64,000 bases of DNA from Truepera sp. (GTDB taxonomy: Bacteria > Deinococcota > Deinococci > Deinococcales > Trueperaceae). This document shows, in pieces, positions 48,858 through 59,850 of the stretch. The stretch lies in assembly GCA_965218435.1 (NCBI GenBank), contig CBDCKW010000009.1, positions 864,001-928,000 of the forward strand, in the 5' to 3' direction. The translations under genes and the position numbers were made by a program. Numbering within the stretch: position 1 is the stretch's first letter; each line of letters begins with the position of its first letter. The notes under the pieces are model-generated. The model was given only the letters and a program-made list of their open reading frames with translations. It had not been told where the DNA came from and did not search any database.

Positions 48858-49186
48858 TAACTCTCAGCCTCTAAGCCTTTGGCCGAGTCGCCACTCGCGT
48901 CATCTAGTACCGTAAAAAGCTGACGACAACACAACACCTGGCTAGAGCGTGGTGTGAAGCTTGAAGATTCCCCCGAGCTGTTCGGTTAGCGCGTAGCAAA
49001 CCCGTCCCAGTCCAGCCTTTTGCACTTTCGGCAGCATCTTTTTGGGCGTGCTTAAAGGTAGGCTCGAGTCCGAAGCAAACATTTAGTTTAGCTGCTGTGC
49101 AAGACGCACGTTCAGCAGCCATAACAGCAGTTACAATCGCCTCATTTGTAACAGGCTTTAGGTCGTCAGCCTCAGCAGGCACCTGT

Positions 49187-49852
49187 TTACGGCGCGTCCG
49201 GGGTCAGATAGTGGCCGAGCAGGGCGGCGATCAGAGCCGCCACGATAGGCCCGACCAAGTAGGTCAGCAGCTCGGCCGGCTGACCCCGTAAAAGATCACC
49301 GGTCAAGAGCACGCTGGCAATCGCCGGGTTGAGCACGCCGCCACTACTCGGCGCAGCCACGGCAATCCCCACGAGCAGCGCCACGCCGATACCTAACGCA
49401 GCGGCGACTTCGGGCAGTTTGGCGATAACGATTCGCACGACAACAAAGACGAAGAGCGTCGTTCCCAAGATTTCAAACCACAGCGCGTTGACCTCGGTGT
49501 GGGTCGCGGGCAACTGCCGGTCGAGCAGCTGACCGAGACCCAACGCGAGAAACGCCCCGACAATCTGCGCGACGATATACGCAAACCCCGCGCCTACCGG
49601 AAACTGCCGCGAAGCCATCAGTCCCACCGTAACTGCCGGGTTGATATGCGAGCCCGACACCTTCCCGATGGCGAGCACCATGATGAGGAGCGTTGCGCCG
49701 ACGATGGCAAAAGTCAGGTTGGGCGGCGAGAGCAGCGCGGCAACCGTCAGCAAAAACGTGCCGAAGACTTCGGCGACGAGGCATTTGCTGAGATTGGGTT
49801 GAGGAAGTTGCGGTTCGGAAGTGGGGGGGGCAGCGGGAACAACCTTCGCCAT
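49187..49852 (-). CDS. Aquaporin/MIP family channel
   Basis: AEVFGTF, SGSHINPAVT, GGVLNPA; AGGAG RBS. Confidence 0.9.
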   Translation of the reverse strand: MAKVVPAAPPTSEPQLPQPNLSKCLVAEVFGTFLLTVAALLSPPNLTFAIVGATLLIMVLAIGKVSGSHINPAVTVGLMASRQFPVGAGFAYIVAQIVGAFLALGLGQLLDRQLPATHTEVNALWFEILGTTLFVFVVVRIVIAKLPEVAAALGIGVALLVGIAVAAPSSGGVLNPAIASVLLTGDLLRGQPAELLTYLVGPIVAALIAALLGHYLTPDAP

Positions 49853-50132
49853 AAAAGCTCCTTTAGACCTACGGGTCGACCAAATGAGCTGCACCCCCCG
49901 GCGCTGGTCAAGCTTGCAGACAGGCTATCGTAAAATCCCCAAGAAGAAGTTATAGCGCGGTAGCTTACGAAGCAGCTGCGCGGAGGTTTTTAGAGTCGGC
50001 TTAAACTCCTTTTAGAGATAACCGAAACCTAGAGACAACCGAGACCTGGAAACAATTGACAGAGACACTAGCATGTGCCGGAGCGAAGCGGCTATGGGTG
50101 GCTGTAGTGTTCTCAGCTGGCACTTCGCCCCG

Positions 50133-50873
50133 TCAGGCTTGGTCGAGCGGCCGAATCAGAATCTCGTTGACGTTGACCCGCCGAGGCTGCGTCACGGCGT
50201 AGAGGATAGCGGCGGCGACGTCTTCACTCTCGAGCGGTTCCATCTCCCCAACCCTCGCTTCGTAATTCGTCCGGGTTTCCTCGTCGGGAATGTGCTCGGT
50301 GAGTTCTGTCGCCACCACGCCCGGTTCGATGACCGTGACCCGAATCCCGTCCCCATGCGCTTCGCGGCGCAGGGCTTCACTAAACCCGTTCACACCCCAT
50401 TTGCTGGCGTTGTAACCGCCTGCCGTCGGCCCCGCGCTTCGTCCGGCGACCGATGAAATGTTGACGATGTGCCCCGAGCCTTGCGCCCGCATTTTAATCA
50501 GCGCCGCCCTCGAGGTGTACATCAAACTGAGCAGATTGATCTCGATCATGCTCTGCCAATCGCTCGGTTCGGCGCGGTCAATGGGGGAGAGGAGCATCGT
50601 CCCGGCGTTGTTGACCAAGATGTCAATCCGGCCAAACGCCTCGGTAGCCTTTTCGGTACACGCTGCGGCTTGGTCCGCGCCCCGGAGGTCGGCTGCAAAA
50701 ATAGCGGTTTCTCCACCTGCATCTCTGATCTTTTGGGCGAGAGCCTCGAGCCTCGCTTTACGTCTCGCGGCGAGTACGAGCTTGACGCCTGCTTGGGCCA
50801 AGGCTAAGGCGGTCGCCTCACCGATCCCTGATGACGCGCCGGTGATGACTGCAACTTTGCCGGTTAAATCCAT
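50133..50873 (-). CDS. SDR oxidoreductase (NADP-type)
   Basis: TGASSGIG, NNAG, NISS, YNASK. Confidence 0.92.
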   Translation of the reverse strand: MDLTGKVAVITGASSGIGEATALALAQAGVKLVLAARRKARLEALAQKIRDAGGETAIFAADLRGADQAAACTEKATEAFGRIDILVNNAGTMLLSPIDRAEPSDWQSMIEINLLSLMYTSRAALIKMRAQGSGHIVNISSVAGRSAGPTAGGYNASKWGVNGFSEALRREAHGDGIRVTVIEPGVVATELTEHIPDEETRTNYEARVGEMEPLESEDVAAAILYAVTQPRRVNVNEILIRPLDQA

Positions 50874-50874
50874 G

Positions 50875-51429
50875 TCAAGCCTCCTGGTATGCGTTTACGA
50901 TTTCATCAATGAGAGTATCTATCTGTGCGTGGGGCACGACGACCGTACCGTTTTCGTCGCTGACGATCAGGTCACCGGGGTTGATGGTCAGGCCGCGCAG
51001 CTCGAGTGCCCTACCAACTTCTCCCCAGCCTGTCCGCATCGCCCGTTTTGGACTGACGCCCTCCGCCACGACGGGCAAACCTGTTGATCTTACCGCGAGT
51101 ACGTCACGGCACGCGCCGTCAAGGATAACGCCCGCGACGCCCCGGCTGAGCGCCTCCCGCGTCGTGGTTTCGCCCCACACAGCCCGGTCGCTGCCGCCGG
51201 TTGCCACGACGAGCACACAACCAGGTTTCGCAGTACGAATCCCTTCATAAACGGCGTCTAAATCTCCTTGGGGAGCGTGAACCGTATGGGCAGGGCCGAA
51301 AAACGGCTTCTCGAGGCTTCGCCAAACGAACGTCATAGGAAGGACTGCAACCTCATCGCTCGAGTCGCTCAAATCACACGTCAGGCTTCCTTGACTGAGT
51401 AGCTGTTGTAGGTCTAAATCAGAGGTCAT
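50875..51429 (-). CDS. RraA/HMG-aldolase family protein
   Basis: TCDLSD, GPAHTV, AVWGE, DGACRD, PGDLIVSDENGTVVVP. Confidence 0.85.
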   Translation of the reverse strand: MTSDLDLQQLLSQGSLTCDLSDSSDEVAVLPMTFVWRSLEKPFFGPAHTVHAPQGDLDAVYEGIRTAKPGCVLVVATGGSDRAVWGETTTREALSRGVAGVILDGACRDVLAVRSTGLPVVAEGVSPKRAMRTGWGEVGRALELRGLTINPGDLIVSDENGTVVVPHAQIDTLIDEIVNAYQEA

Positions 51430-52936
51430 AGAGCTCACGGTATTTAGTGTTCAGGTACCCTAAGTAAGGCTTAACGTTTAGCCCTTGGCCGGTACTACGC
51501 TCTAAAAGTTCGTGCGGCGTGTAGATCCGCCCGTGCCGGTAGATATTCTCAGTCAGCCAAGCCCGCAGCGGCGCGTAATCGCCCGCCACCAACGCCTCGT
51601 CCAGACCTGAAACCTGCGCTCTAGCCGCCCCGAAAAATTGCGACGCCATCACGTTACCAACCGTGTAGGTGGGAAACGACCCGAACAGTCCCGCAGACCA
51701 GTGGATGTCTTGGAGTACGCCGGAAGCGTCGTCGGGTGGCGTCAAGCCCAGATACTCGCCTAGTTTGGCGTTCCAGGCTTCGGGTAAATCGGTGACGTTG
51801 AGCGTTCCTTCTAGGAGGGCGGTCTCGAGTTCAGAGCGCAGCATGATGTGTAAGTTATAGGTCACCTCGTCAGCCTCGACCCGGATGAGGCTCGGGGACA
51901 CGCGGTTGACGGCGCGGTAAAAGGTGGGGATGTCTACGTCCCCCAGCTGTTCGGGAAACACGTTTTGCAGCTCTGCAAAGTGCTGCTCCCAAAAAGGGAG
52001 TGAGCGCCCGACCAGGTTCTCCCATAAGCGCGACTGCGATTCATGCGTGCCGTAACTCGCGCCGCCTACGGCGTAAAGTCCTAAAAAGTCGCTGGTCAGC
52101 GCACTCCGCGTCAGCTCGGGTGCGACGCCCTGTTCGTACAAGGCGTGACCGACCTCGTGCAGCGTTCCGAACAGGCTCATCGGCAAATAGCGGCGCTCAT
52201 ACCGCGTGGTGATGCGAACATCTTGCCGGGTGAACGAAATTTCAAAAGGGTGCGCGGAGACGTCGAGTCGCCCGCGGGAGAAGTCGTAACCGAACAGCTC
52301 AGCCGTGTAGAGGTTAAAGGTGCGTTGCTGAGGTTCGGGAAAGTCTCGAGTCAGAAAGTCCCAGCGTGGTTCTTCACGTGAACGAATCGCTGTTAACAGC
52401 GGCAGTAGACCCGCTTTAAGCGAGGCAAAAAGGTCTTGTAAGGTGCGGGTGGTCAGGTCCGGCTCGTACTGCTGCAAGAGCGCGTCGTAGGGGTGCTCGT
52501 TGTAACCGATAGCTTCAGCGAGTTTCTGATTGAGCGTGACCATCTGCGTCAGATAAGGGGCGAAGAGACCGAAATCCGAGCGTTTCCTCGCCTCTGCCCA
52601 AACGTCTTGCGACACGGTTTTGAGGCGGGCGAGTTCGGCGGTAAGCGTGGGCGGAATCCGTTCAAACAGGCTCACCGCCTTACGGACGCTCTGCAAGGTG
52701 CGTATTTGGATAAGGTCGTCAGCAGAACCTTCTTCGGCCTCCGCCAGCGCAGCTTTAAGGCGTTCACTCGTCAGCCGCTCTTGCGCGAGGCTCGAGAGTG
52801 TCGCCAGCTGTTCGCCACGGGTTTCGGCCCCACCGGGGGGCATCTGGGTGCGGGCGTCCCAAGTCAAGACCGACATCGCGTTTAAGATGTCGCTGACCTG
52901 GGCCACTTGTTCTGTCAAGGTTTCAAAGGCGGTCAT
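51419..52936 (-). CDS. Carboxypeptidase M32
   Basis: WDARTQMPPGG, HPF, DVRITTRY, HEVGH, HESQ, IRVEADE, QDIHW. Confidence 0.93.
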   Translation of the reverse strand: MTAFETLTEQVAQVSDILNAMSVLTWDARTQMPPGGAETRGEQLATLSSLAQERLTSERLKAALAEAEEGSADDLIQIRTLQSVRKAVSLFERIPPTLTAELARLKTVSQDVWAEARKRSDFGLFAPYLTQMVTLNQKLAEAIGYNEHPYDALLQQYEPDLTTRTLQDLFASLKAGLLPLLTAIRSREEPRWDFLTRDFPEPQQRTFNLYTAELFGYDFSRGRLDVSAHPFEISFTRQDVRITTRYERRYLPMSLFGTLHEVGHALYEQGVAPELTRSALTSDFLGLYAVGGASYGTHESQSRLWENLVGRSLPFWEQHFAELQNVFPEQLGDVDIPTFYRAVNRVSPSLIRVEADEVTYNLHIMLRSELETALLEGTLNVTDLPEAWNAKLGEYLGLTPPDDASGVLQDIHWSAGLFGSFPTYTVGNVMASQFFGAARAQVSGLDEALVAGDYAPLRAWLTENIYRHGRIYTPHELLERSTGQGLNVKPYLGYLNTKYRELYDL

Positions 52937-54300
52937 ATCTCTCCCAAACGTTCCCACAACCGCGTCCACGCGTGTAACCCTTCAAAGAGCCGTGGGAGTC
53001 TAAAAAACTCGTTAGGCGAGTGGATGTCTTCGTCCCCGACGCCGAACGCAAAAAAGATGGTGTCCATGCCCAGCAACCGCTGAAACGTGGCGCAGACGGG
53101 CACGGTTCCGCCGACCCCGACGAGCAGCGGGTCTTGGCCGTACAGGTCGTTGAGCACTGCTCGAGCGGCCTGCAAACCGGGATGCTCACGGGGTAACCGG
53201 TACGCGTCGGCTCCATGTTCGGACTCTCGGACTTCTAAATGGACGCCTTGGGGTAGATGCACCTTCAAGTGATTGGCTACCTTTTGCACGATGTCTTTAG
53301 GGTCTTGCTTTGGGACCAAACGGCAGGTGATTTTGGCATGTGCTTCGCTCGGGATGACCGTTTTACCCCCCTCGCCCTGGTAGCCGCCCCACATGCCGTT
53401 GACCTCTAAGGTGGGCCGGTGCCACCCACGCTCGAGCGTCGTGTACCCCGCTTCACCGTAGGGTGCAGGGCTCCCGACTTCGGCTAGATAGGCGGCTTCG
53501 TCAAAGGGTAACGCGGCCACTGCCTGACGCTCAGCTGGGCTCAAGGCTTCAACATCATCGTAAAATCCTGCCACGGCGACGCGCCCGTCCTCGTCATGCA
53601 AACCGGCGATCAGACTCGCCATAGCGTGCAACGGATTAGCGACGCCGCCCCCGTGCCTGCCTGAGTGGAGGTCTTTGCCGGGGCCGCGAACGGTAAACTC
53701 TAAAGCCGCTAAACCCCGACTGCTGACGTTTAGAGACGGCGTGTCGGCCCGCCACATCGCGCCGTCGGCGGAGATGACAAAATCTGCCCGGAGGCGTTCG
53801 GCGTGCTCACGAACAAAACTCTCCAAGTTCGGACTGCCGACCTCTTCTTCACCTTCAAACAAAAACTTGACGTTGAGCGGCAAACGGCCCTCAGTTGCAA
53901 AAAACGCCTGCGCCACCTTGATGGTGGTCAGTAGCGGCGCTTTGTCGTCGGAGACGCCGCGTGCGTAGATACGGTTATCCCGGATGGTTGGGGTAAACGG
54001 CGGGGAATGCCACTTTATAAGCGGGTCAGGAGGTTGCACGTCGTAGTGGGCGTAGACAAGGACTGTAGGTTTGCCCGGTGCGCCGAGCCACTCAGCAAAG
54101 ACAATCGGGTGGCCTTTGGTTTCGATGATTTGGGGCTCGAGCGGCCCCGCTTCGGTTAGTTGGGCTGCCACCCAACGTGCGGCGCGGGCGACTTCATCTT
54201 TATAGTTCGTATCGGTGCTGATACTGGGAATTGACGCGAACTCGAGCACCTCCCGTAAAATCTCGTCTTTGTGCCTGTCCAGGTACTCGTGGGCGTCCAT
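52933..54300 (-). CDS. M20 family dipeptidase
   Basis: HYDVQP, RGVSDDK, EGEEEVGS, DLHSG, HSPNE. Confidence 0.92.
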   Translation of the reverse strand: MDAHEYLDRHKDEILREVLEFASIPSISTDTNYKDEVARAARWVAAQLTEAGPLEPQIIETKGHPIVFAEWLGAPGKPTVLVYAHYDVQPPDPLIKWHSPPFTPTIRDNRIYARGVSDDKAPLLTTIKVAQAFFATEGRLPLNVKFLFEGEEEVGSPNLESFVREHAERLRADFVISADGAMWRADTPSLNVSSRGLAALEFTVRGPGKDLHSGRHGGGVANPLHAMASLIAGLHDEDGRVAVAGFYDDVEALSPAERQAVAALPFDEAAYLAEVGSPAPYGEAGYTTLERGWHRPTLEVNGMWGGYQGEGGKTVIPSEAHAKITCRLVPKQDPKDIVQKVANHLKVHLPQGVHLEVRESEHGADAYRLPREHPGLQAARAVLNDLYGQDPLLVGVGGTVPVCATFQRLLGMDTIFFAFGVGDEDIHSPNEFFRLPRLFEGLHAWTRLWERLGEI

Positions 54301-55065
54301 CTATTTACCCCCGTCGATAGACAAAACTTGCCCGGTCACCCAACTTGCGTAAGGCGACGCGAAAAATAAGACCCCGTTGGCGATGTCGTCAGGCGTGCCC
54401 AGCCGTTTAAGGGCGATGCCTTCGACAAGCGCCTGCTGCCCCGCCTCACCGTAAGCTTGCCACTGCTTTTCAGTCGTCGGATTTGACCGGACAAACCCCG
54501 GCGCGATGTTGTTCACCGTGATGTTCCACGGCCCGAGTTCATATGCGAGCTGCCGCGTCAGACCGATCTGCGCGGCTTTCGCCGCCGCATACGCCTGAAT
54601 CCCCGTAAGGCTGACGCCCAAACCGGCTCCGCTCGAGATATTGATGATGCGCCCGAACCGGGCGGCTTTCATCGCCGGCGCGACGGCTTGAGAAAAGTAA
54701 AACGCGCCGTCTACATTGACGCCGAAGATACGCGCCCAGTCTTCAGGAGTGATGGTCTCGAGGGGCTGCCCCACCTGCCCGAGGACGCCCCCGGCGTTGT
54801 TGACCAAAACCTCGAGGCCGCGTTTTTCGGTCACTTCTTGCACAAACGTCTCGACGGCGGCTTTATCCGACACGTCAACGGTGCGCGTCTCGAGAGAGCC
54901 GGATAAACCATCTGCGTCCACTGCCGTTTGGACTAAACCTTTTTCGTTTACGTCGCACGCCCACACGTTGCTGCCGAGTGAGGCGAACTTAACGGCAATC
55001 GCTCGCCCAAACCCGTGCGCTGCGCCGGTGACGATAACCGTTTGGCCGGAAAAGTCAAAGGTCAC
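54301..55065 (-). CDS. SDR oxidoreductase (FabG-like)
   Basis: TGAAHGFG, NNAGG, YAAAK, IAPG; GTG start overlaps the upstream stop. Confidence 0.9.
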   Translation of the reverse strand: MTFDFSGQTVIVTGAAHGFGRAIAVKFASLGSNVWACDVNEKGLVQTAVDADGLSGSLETRTVDVSDKAAVETFVQEVTEKRGLEVLVNNAGGVLGQVGQPLETITPEDWARIFGVNVDGAFYFSQAVAPAMKAARFGRIINISSGAGLGVSLTGIQAYAAAKAAQIGLTRQLAYELGPWNITVNNIAPGFVRSNPTTEKQWQAYGEAGQQALVEGIALKRLGTPDDIANGVLFFASPYASWVTGQVLSIDGGK

Positions 55066-56084
55066 GCGCGTTCCAGCTGAGCCTGCCTTAAAGCCTCGAG
55101 CGCCTTCCAACCCTGCTCGAGCTTTCCATCTTCAACGTCATGAATCAACTCGATAAGCTTCTCTGTAATCGGTGTTTTAACCCCTACCCGCCGCCCCGCC
55201 GTAACAATCGCCCCGAGCTGCGGGTCAACCTCGGTGCGGCGTTTACGCACCGCTAAATCTCGCCAGATGCCGCTGTGCGTTTTGGCTGATTTACGGTTAA
55301 ACGCCACCATCTCGTCAAGTGAGCGTTGCGACACCGCCTCCGGCGTATTCGGCATAAACGCCTGCGGGTCAAAACCGTTAAACGCTTCGGGATGAATCTT
55401 TAGAGCGTCAGCCACGCGTAAAACCTCTTGGCCCAGCGCGATATAGAGCGCACGGTAATCGGGATGGTCTAACGCGTCGGCGATTGAAGCGTTCGTTAAA
55501 GCAGTAGCAAAGAGCATCGCGCCGTAAGCTAGTTTGCCCCATAGATAACCCCAGATATTGGGCGTCGTCATCGCGTCGTCGTCAAACGTTAAAAAGAGCT
55601 CGTGCAGCTCTTTAAGTCGGGGTGTTTCCTGACCGTCCAGCTCACCCAAGACGACCGCGCCGCGCCCGCCGTAGTGGATGACGCCGGGCTCTTGATAATC
55701 TGCCCCAAAATTGACAAATGAGCCGATGACTCGAGCCTCTCCCAGTACATCCGCTAAAGTCAGCTCATTCAGTCCGTTTTGGACGGAGACGACGTAACCT
55801 TGTTCGGTGAGGTGATGCTGAAGAGCGGACAAAGCCGTTTCGGTATGTTGCGCTTTGGTGCAAAGTAGAATACGCTCCCACTGCCCGGTAAGTTCTCCGG
55901 GTGTAAATGCCGGAACGCGGACGTTAAAGGTCTTAATAGGTCCACTAATACTTAAACCCTGATCCGAAATGGCCTTGACATGCTCAGCCACCGTATCTAC
56001 CAGCGTGACCTCGTGACCCGCCCTGGCAAAATAAGCGCCCAAGGTGCCGCCGATTGCGCCTGCACCCCAGATTAAAACCTTCAC
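55062..56084 (-). CDS. Ketopantoate reductase (ApbA/PanE) family protein
   Basis: WGAGAIGG, CTK, QNG, LWGKL, SGIWRDL..RRTEVD. Confidence 0.88.
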   Translation of the reverse strand: MKVLIWGAGAIGGTLGAYFARAGHEVTLVDTVAEHVKAISDQGLSISGPIKTFNVRVPAFTPGELTGQWERILLCTKAQHTETALSALQHHLTEQGYVVSVQNGLNELTLADVLGEARVIGSFVNFGADYQEPGVIHYGGRGAVVLGELDGQETPRLKELHELFLTFDDDAMTTPNIWGYLWGKLAYGAMLFATALTNASIADALDHPDYRALYIALGQEVLRVADALKIHPEAFNGFDPQAFMPNTPEAVSQRSLDEMVAFNRKSAKTHSGIWRDLAVRKRRTEVDPQLGAIVTAGRRVGVKTPITEKLIELIHDVEDGKLEQGWKALEALRQAQLERA

Positions 56085-56788
56085 GCATTGCCCCAATTCT
56101 TTTCCAGCAGCTCCCGCGTCTCCGCAATGGCGACTTTCCAGATCGCGTCCATATCCTCATCAGGACGCTCAAAATAGCCACCGAAATTGCCCTCTTTTAG
56201 ATATTCACGCAGCTCTTGCGGCGCGAGCATTCGCATATGCGCCGCGTCAATCATCGGCTTTTGCTCACTGGGTAACTCAACCCCCGGCAGCCGCGTCCAG
56301 GGAAAGTTCTCCATCCACGAGGCGTGCGAAGCTTGCGGGTCAATCTCGTGAACTTTTTGCAGCGTTTGGGGAGCGTTCCACCAGTTGTGAAACTTGACGC
56401 GGCACCCAGGGTTGTCGGCCATCCACTCGCTGACGAACCCTTGCGCCGGAGTATTGCCGCCGTGCCCATTAACGATTAAGATACGCCGAAAGCCGTTTTC
56501 AGCGAGGCTGTCGAGCAGGTCTTTGACCAGGTTCAGGTAGGTCACCGTGCGTAAGGTGACGCTACCGGGATAGGCGCGAAAGTAGGGCGTCAGGCCGTAG
56601 TTGACGGTTGGAAAGACCGGGACGCCGGTAGGCTCGGCAGCTTCCAGCGCCACCCGTTCGGCTAAAATATTGTCCACGCAGAGGCTCAGATAAGCGTGTT
56701 GCTCGGTCGAGCCGAGGGGCAGGACAGCTCGGTCATCGTGTTTGAGATAATCTTCAACTTGCAGCCAGTTCAGCTCGCGGATAGTCAT
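56081..56788 (-). CDS. Creatininase family amidohydrolase
   Basis: LPLGSTEQH..D, PGSVTL, NGHGGN, HASWME. Confidence 0.9.
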   Translation of the reverse strand: MTIRELNWLQVEDYLKHDDRAVLPLGSTEQHAYLSLCVDNILAERVALEAAEPTGVPVFPTVNYGLTPYFRAYPGSVTLRTVTYLNLVKDLLDSLAENGFRRILIVNGHGGNTPAQGFVSEWMADNPGCRVKFHNWWNAPQTLQKVHEIDPQASHASWMENFPWTRLPGVELPSEQKPMIDAAHMRMLAPQELREYLKEGNFGGYFERPDEDMDAIWKVAIAETRELLEKNWGNA

Positions 56789-57743
56789 CGTTCCTCTTTT
56801 CATGGCGTAACTTTTCGGTGAGGGGGAGAAGCTTTGTTTCTACCGAATGGGGTTCGGGAGTGTGGCGGTACTCAAAGGTTACGACGTGCGGCGGCGCTGA
56901 CGCGGCAACGGCCTCTGAACCCGTGGCGTACACCACGACCTCGCTCCGGGTGAGGAGTTCAGGGAGGTCGGGGCTGTGAAGGGTACTCGAGCGCACCTCG
57001 GCGTGCGGCGCGTAGGAGACGACGCCGCGTTTCATCGTCGGTAAAAACTCTGGAAACGTCGCTACGATCCCGAGCCGGGTTTTTGGGACGAGTGCAGCAA
57101 GCGCCGCACAAACCTCGCTAGCGGGTAAAAAGTTGACTGAGGTGAGCGGCTGGGCGCGGCGGAGCAGTTTGCGGACCGCGCCCTCGCGGTGGCCCAACGT
57201 GACCACGAGGTCGGCCTTCTCCACTTGAAGCCGTCCGTCAGGTTGCGCCAACGCGTCTAACGTTATTCCCCGGAGGCGGTCGGTAGGTTTTAAGAAAAGC
57301 CTCAGCGCGTCCGTATAGGCGCGGGTCGCCTCGGGAAAAATCCCGACAAAGACGAGCTCGAGCGGCTCGGCTGGTCGGTAGCTGCGCGCTTTGAGCTGGA
57401 CGAGGTGCGCGAGTTCACCGGCTTCGTACCCGAGGGCGTAAGCACGCTCGAGCAGTTCGTCAGCGACGTGGTGGAGCGCCGTAAAATCGCGCGCAGGAGT
57501 CATGGGTGACTCGGTGACGTAGGTGCCTTTACCGGGAATGGTCTCGAGCAACCCCTCTTGCAACAGCTCTTTATAAACTTGCGACACTGTCGCGGGCGCG
57601 ACGCCCAACGTGCGTGAGAGGTCCCGAACCGACGGCAGCTTGCTCCCGCGCCCAATGTCGCCATGTGCGACACCATACTCGAGCTGGCCGCGAAGTTGGA
57701 CGCCAACGGAGATGGGTAGGGTGCGGTCGAGGTAAAAGTGCAT
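56754..57743 (-). CDS. GntR family regulator with a long C-terminal domain
   Basis: GSKLPSVRDLS..LGVAPATVSQVYKEL..G..GKGTYV. Confidence 0.88.
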   Translation of the reverse strand: MHFYLDRTLPISVGVQLRGQLEYGVAHGDIGRGSKLPSVRDLSRTLGVAPATVSQVYKELLQEGLLETIPGKGTYVTESPMTPARDFTALHHVADELLERAYALGYEAGELAHLVQLKARSYRPAEPLELVFVGIFPEATRAYTDALRLFLKPTDRLRGITLDALAQPDGRLQVEKADLVVTLGHREGAVRKLLRRAQPLTSVNFLPASEVCAALAALVPKTRLGIVATFPEFLPTMKRGVVSYAPHAEVRSSTLHSPDLPELLTRSEVVVYATGSEAVAASAPPHVVTFEYRHTPEPHSVETKLLPLTEKLRHEKRNDDYPRAELAAS

Positions 57744-57772
57744 ATCAGGGTGACTCGTAAACGGCTCGAGGT

Positions 57773-58864
57773 TTATACGGTGCCGGGTGAGGTCGTTTTG
57801 ACTGTCTCGGAAGCTGAAGGGCTACCTTTCCGGGACCCGTCATTACGGTGGCCTATATCGTCGTAAAGGTGACACGCGGTCAGGTGACCTGATAGACCGG
57901 CCAGTTTAAGGTCGGCTGGGGGGTGAGCCTCGAGCTTGGGCTTCTCGGTTTTACAGCGGTCAAAGGCGTGCGGGCAGCGGGTATGAAACGCACAGCCGTT
58001 GGGTACCTTGAGCGGACTCGGCAGCTCACCTTGAACGGCTGCCACCGTGCTCTTTTTCGCCGGGTCGAGGTCGGGGGCCGCGGCGAGGAGCGCCTGCGTG
58101 TACGGGTGTTGCGGACGCGCAAAGATGGTTTCGGTATCGGCCACTTCGACGACGTTACCCAGATACATCACCGCCACGCGGTGTGAGATGTGATGGACTA
58201 GCCGCAGGTCGTGCGCGACGAACAAGACGGTCAGGTGGAGCTTGTCTTGCAGTTCTAAGAGCAAGTTGACGACCTGCGCCTGCACCGACACGTCGAGGGC
58301 CGAGACGAGTTCGTCGGCGACCAGACACTCGGGTTCGACCGATAGGGCGCGGGCGATGCCGATACGCTGACGCTGGCCACCGGAAAACTCGTGGGGTAGT
58401 CGCTGCGCGGCGCTTTGGGGGAGACCGACAAGCTCCAACAGTTCAGCAATCCTTCCTTTAATCTGCTCCGGCGCACAGATACGGTGAACGCTCAAAGCTT
58501 CAGCAAGCGTCTGTTCAACGCTCATCCGTGGGTTAAGTGAGCTGTAAGGGTCTTGAAAGACCATTTGGACGCGGCGGTTGTACGCCCGCAGTGCCCCACC
58601 GCGCAGTGCTCGCACGTCCGCGCCGCCATATTCGATAGTGCCGCCCTCGGCTTCGTAAAGCCGGACTAAGCAGCGCGCCAAGGTAGACTTACCGCAACCC
58701 GACTCACCGACGATGCCCAAGGTTTCACCGCGCTTGACCTCGAGGTTGACCCCCGTCAGCGCCCGCACGACCGGTTTCGGTGTACCCCGAAGTCGCCCCC
58801 AAAACGGTGTTTTGACCGGGAACGTCTTGGTCAGGTTTTGAACACGGAGGAGCGTCTCGCTCAC
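57773..58864 (-). CDS. Oligopeptide/dipeptide ABC ATP-binding subunit (OppF/DppF-like)
   Basis: [35 protein letters not shown]. Confidence 0.93.
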   Translation of the reverse strand: MSETLLRVQNLTKTFPVKTPFWGRLRGTPKPVVRALTGVNLEVKRGETLGIVGESGCGKSTLARCLVRLYEAEGGTIEYGGADVRALRGGALRAYNRRVQMVFQDPYSSLNPRMSVEQTLAEALSVHRICAPEQIKGRIAELLELVGLPQSAAQRLPHEFSGGQRQRIGIARALSVEPECLVADELVSALDVSVQAQVVNLLLELQDKLHLTVLFVAHDLRLVHHISHRVAVMYLGNVVEVADTETIFARPQHPYTQALLAAAPDLDPAKKSTVAAVQGELPSPLKVPNGCAFHTRCPHAFDRCKTEKPKLEAHPPADLKLAGLSGHLTACHLYDDIGHRNDGSRKGSPSASETVKTTSPGTV

Positions 58865-59850
58865 GCTGCCACCTCAGCTCTAGGGAGTAGGTCATGATGA
58901 ATACACGCTGAACGTTGGGCGGGAGCCACCTCTTTAAGTGGCGGTACGCCCGCCCTACACGCGCCGTCAGCGTAAGTACAACGTGGCGCAAAGGCGCAGC
59001 CGTCAGGCAGGTCTAGTAGGTTGGGCGGCGCACCGGGGATGGGCGACAGGGGTTGACGCCTCGAGCCTTCGCCGGGAAGTGAGCGTAACAGCCCGAGCGT
59101 GTAAGCGTGTTGTGGCGTCCGTAAAAGCTCCGTGACCGGCGCAGTTTCGACGATACGTCCGCCGTACATCACGGCTACCCGGTCACACGTCTGCGCCACC
59201 ACACCGAGGTCGTGCGTGACGATGACGACGCTCATCTCGAGCTGGTCTTTAAGACGCAAAAGCAGTTTTAAGATTTGGTCTTGAATGGTGACGTCGAGTG
59301 CCGTGGTCGGTTCGTCGGCTAGTAGGAGCTTGGGGTTTGACGCGAGCGCAATCGCAATCATCGCCCGCTGCCGCATCCCGCCGGAAAACTGATGGGCGTA
59401 ATCCTTTAAGCGTTCGCGGGGTGAGGGAATACCGACCAAAGACAGGAGTTCTTCGGCCCTCGCTTTCGCTGCTTTTTTAGAAAGCTGTTCGTGCTCGTCC
59501 AAACTCTCTAAAATCTGTTCGCCGACGGTCAACACCGGGTTCAGCGCCGTCATCGGTTCTTGGAAGATGATGCTGATTTCGCCCCCGGTGACCTTGCGCA
59601 GCCGTTTTTGCGATACTTTCAGCAGGTCTTCGCCTTGCCACTGCACTTCGCCCTGAAGTTTGGTGGGTGGTCGCAACAACCGCAAGATTGAGCGGAGTGT
59701 GACGCTTTTGCCCGAGCCCGATTCGCCGACGATTCCCAAGACTTCACCGGGATAAACGTCAAAACTGACGTTGTTGACAGCTTGCAGTGGCCCCCTCGAG
59801 GTGGCAAAGGTCGTGCTCAGGTTGCGGACTGAAAGGATAGGCTTGCTCAT
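58861..59850 (-). CDS. Oligopeptide/dipeptide ABC ATP-binding subunit (OppD/DppD-like)
   Basis: GESGSGKS, FQEPMTALNP, FSGGMRQR, ADEPTTALD. Confidence 0.93.
   Translation of the reverse strand: MSKPILSVRNLSTTFATSRGPLQAVNNVSFDVYPGEVLGIVGESGSGKSVTLRSILRLLRPPTKLQGEVQWQGEDLLKVSQKRLRKVTGGEISIIFQEPMTALNPVLTVGEQILESLDEHEQLSKKAAKARAEELLSLVGIPSPRERLKDYAHQFSGGMRQRAMIAIALASNPKLLLADEPTTALDVTIQDQILKLLLRLKDQLEMSVVIVTHDLGVVAQTCDRVAVMYGGRIVETAPVTELLRTPQHAYTLGLLRSLPGEGSRRQPLSPIPGAPPNLLDLPDGCAFAPRCTYADGACRAGVPPLKEVAPAQRSACIHHDLLPRAEVAA

Noticed and set aside
48904..49182. Possible MITE (GCTGACGAC inverted match) or 92-aa ORF
   Set aside because: Only a 9-bp inverted match, no TSD, and the ORF has no recognisable features.
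50012..50070. Degenerate 17-bp tandem repeat (TAGAGAYAACCGARACC, 2-3 copies)
   Set aside because: Too short and degenerate, with no spacers; likely slippage.
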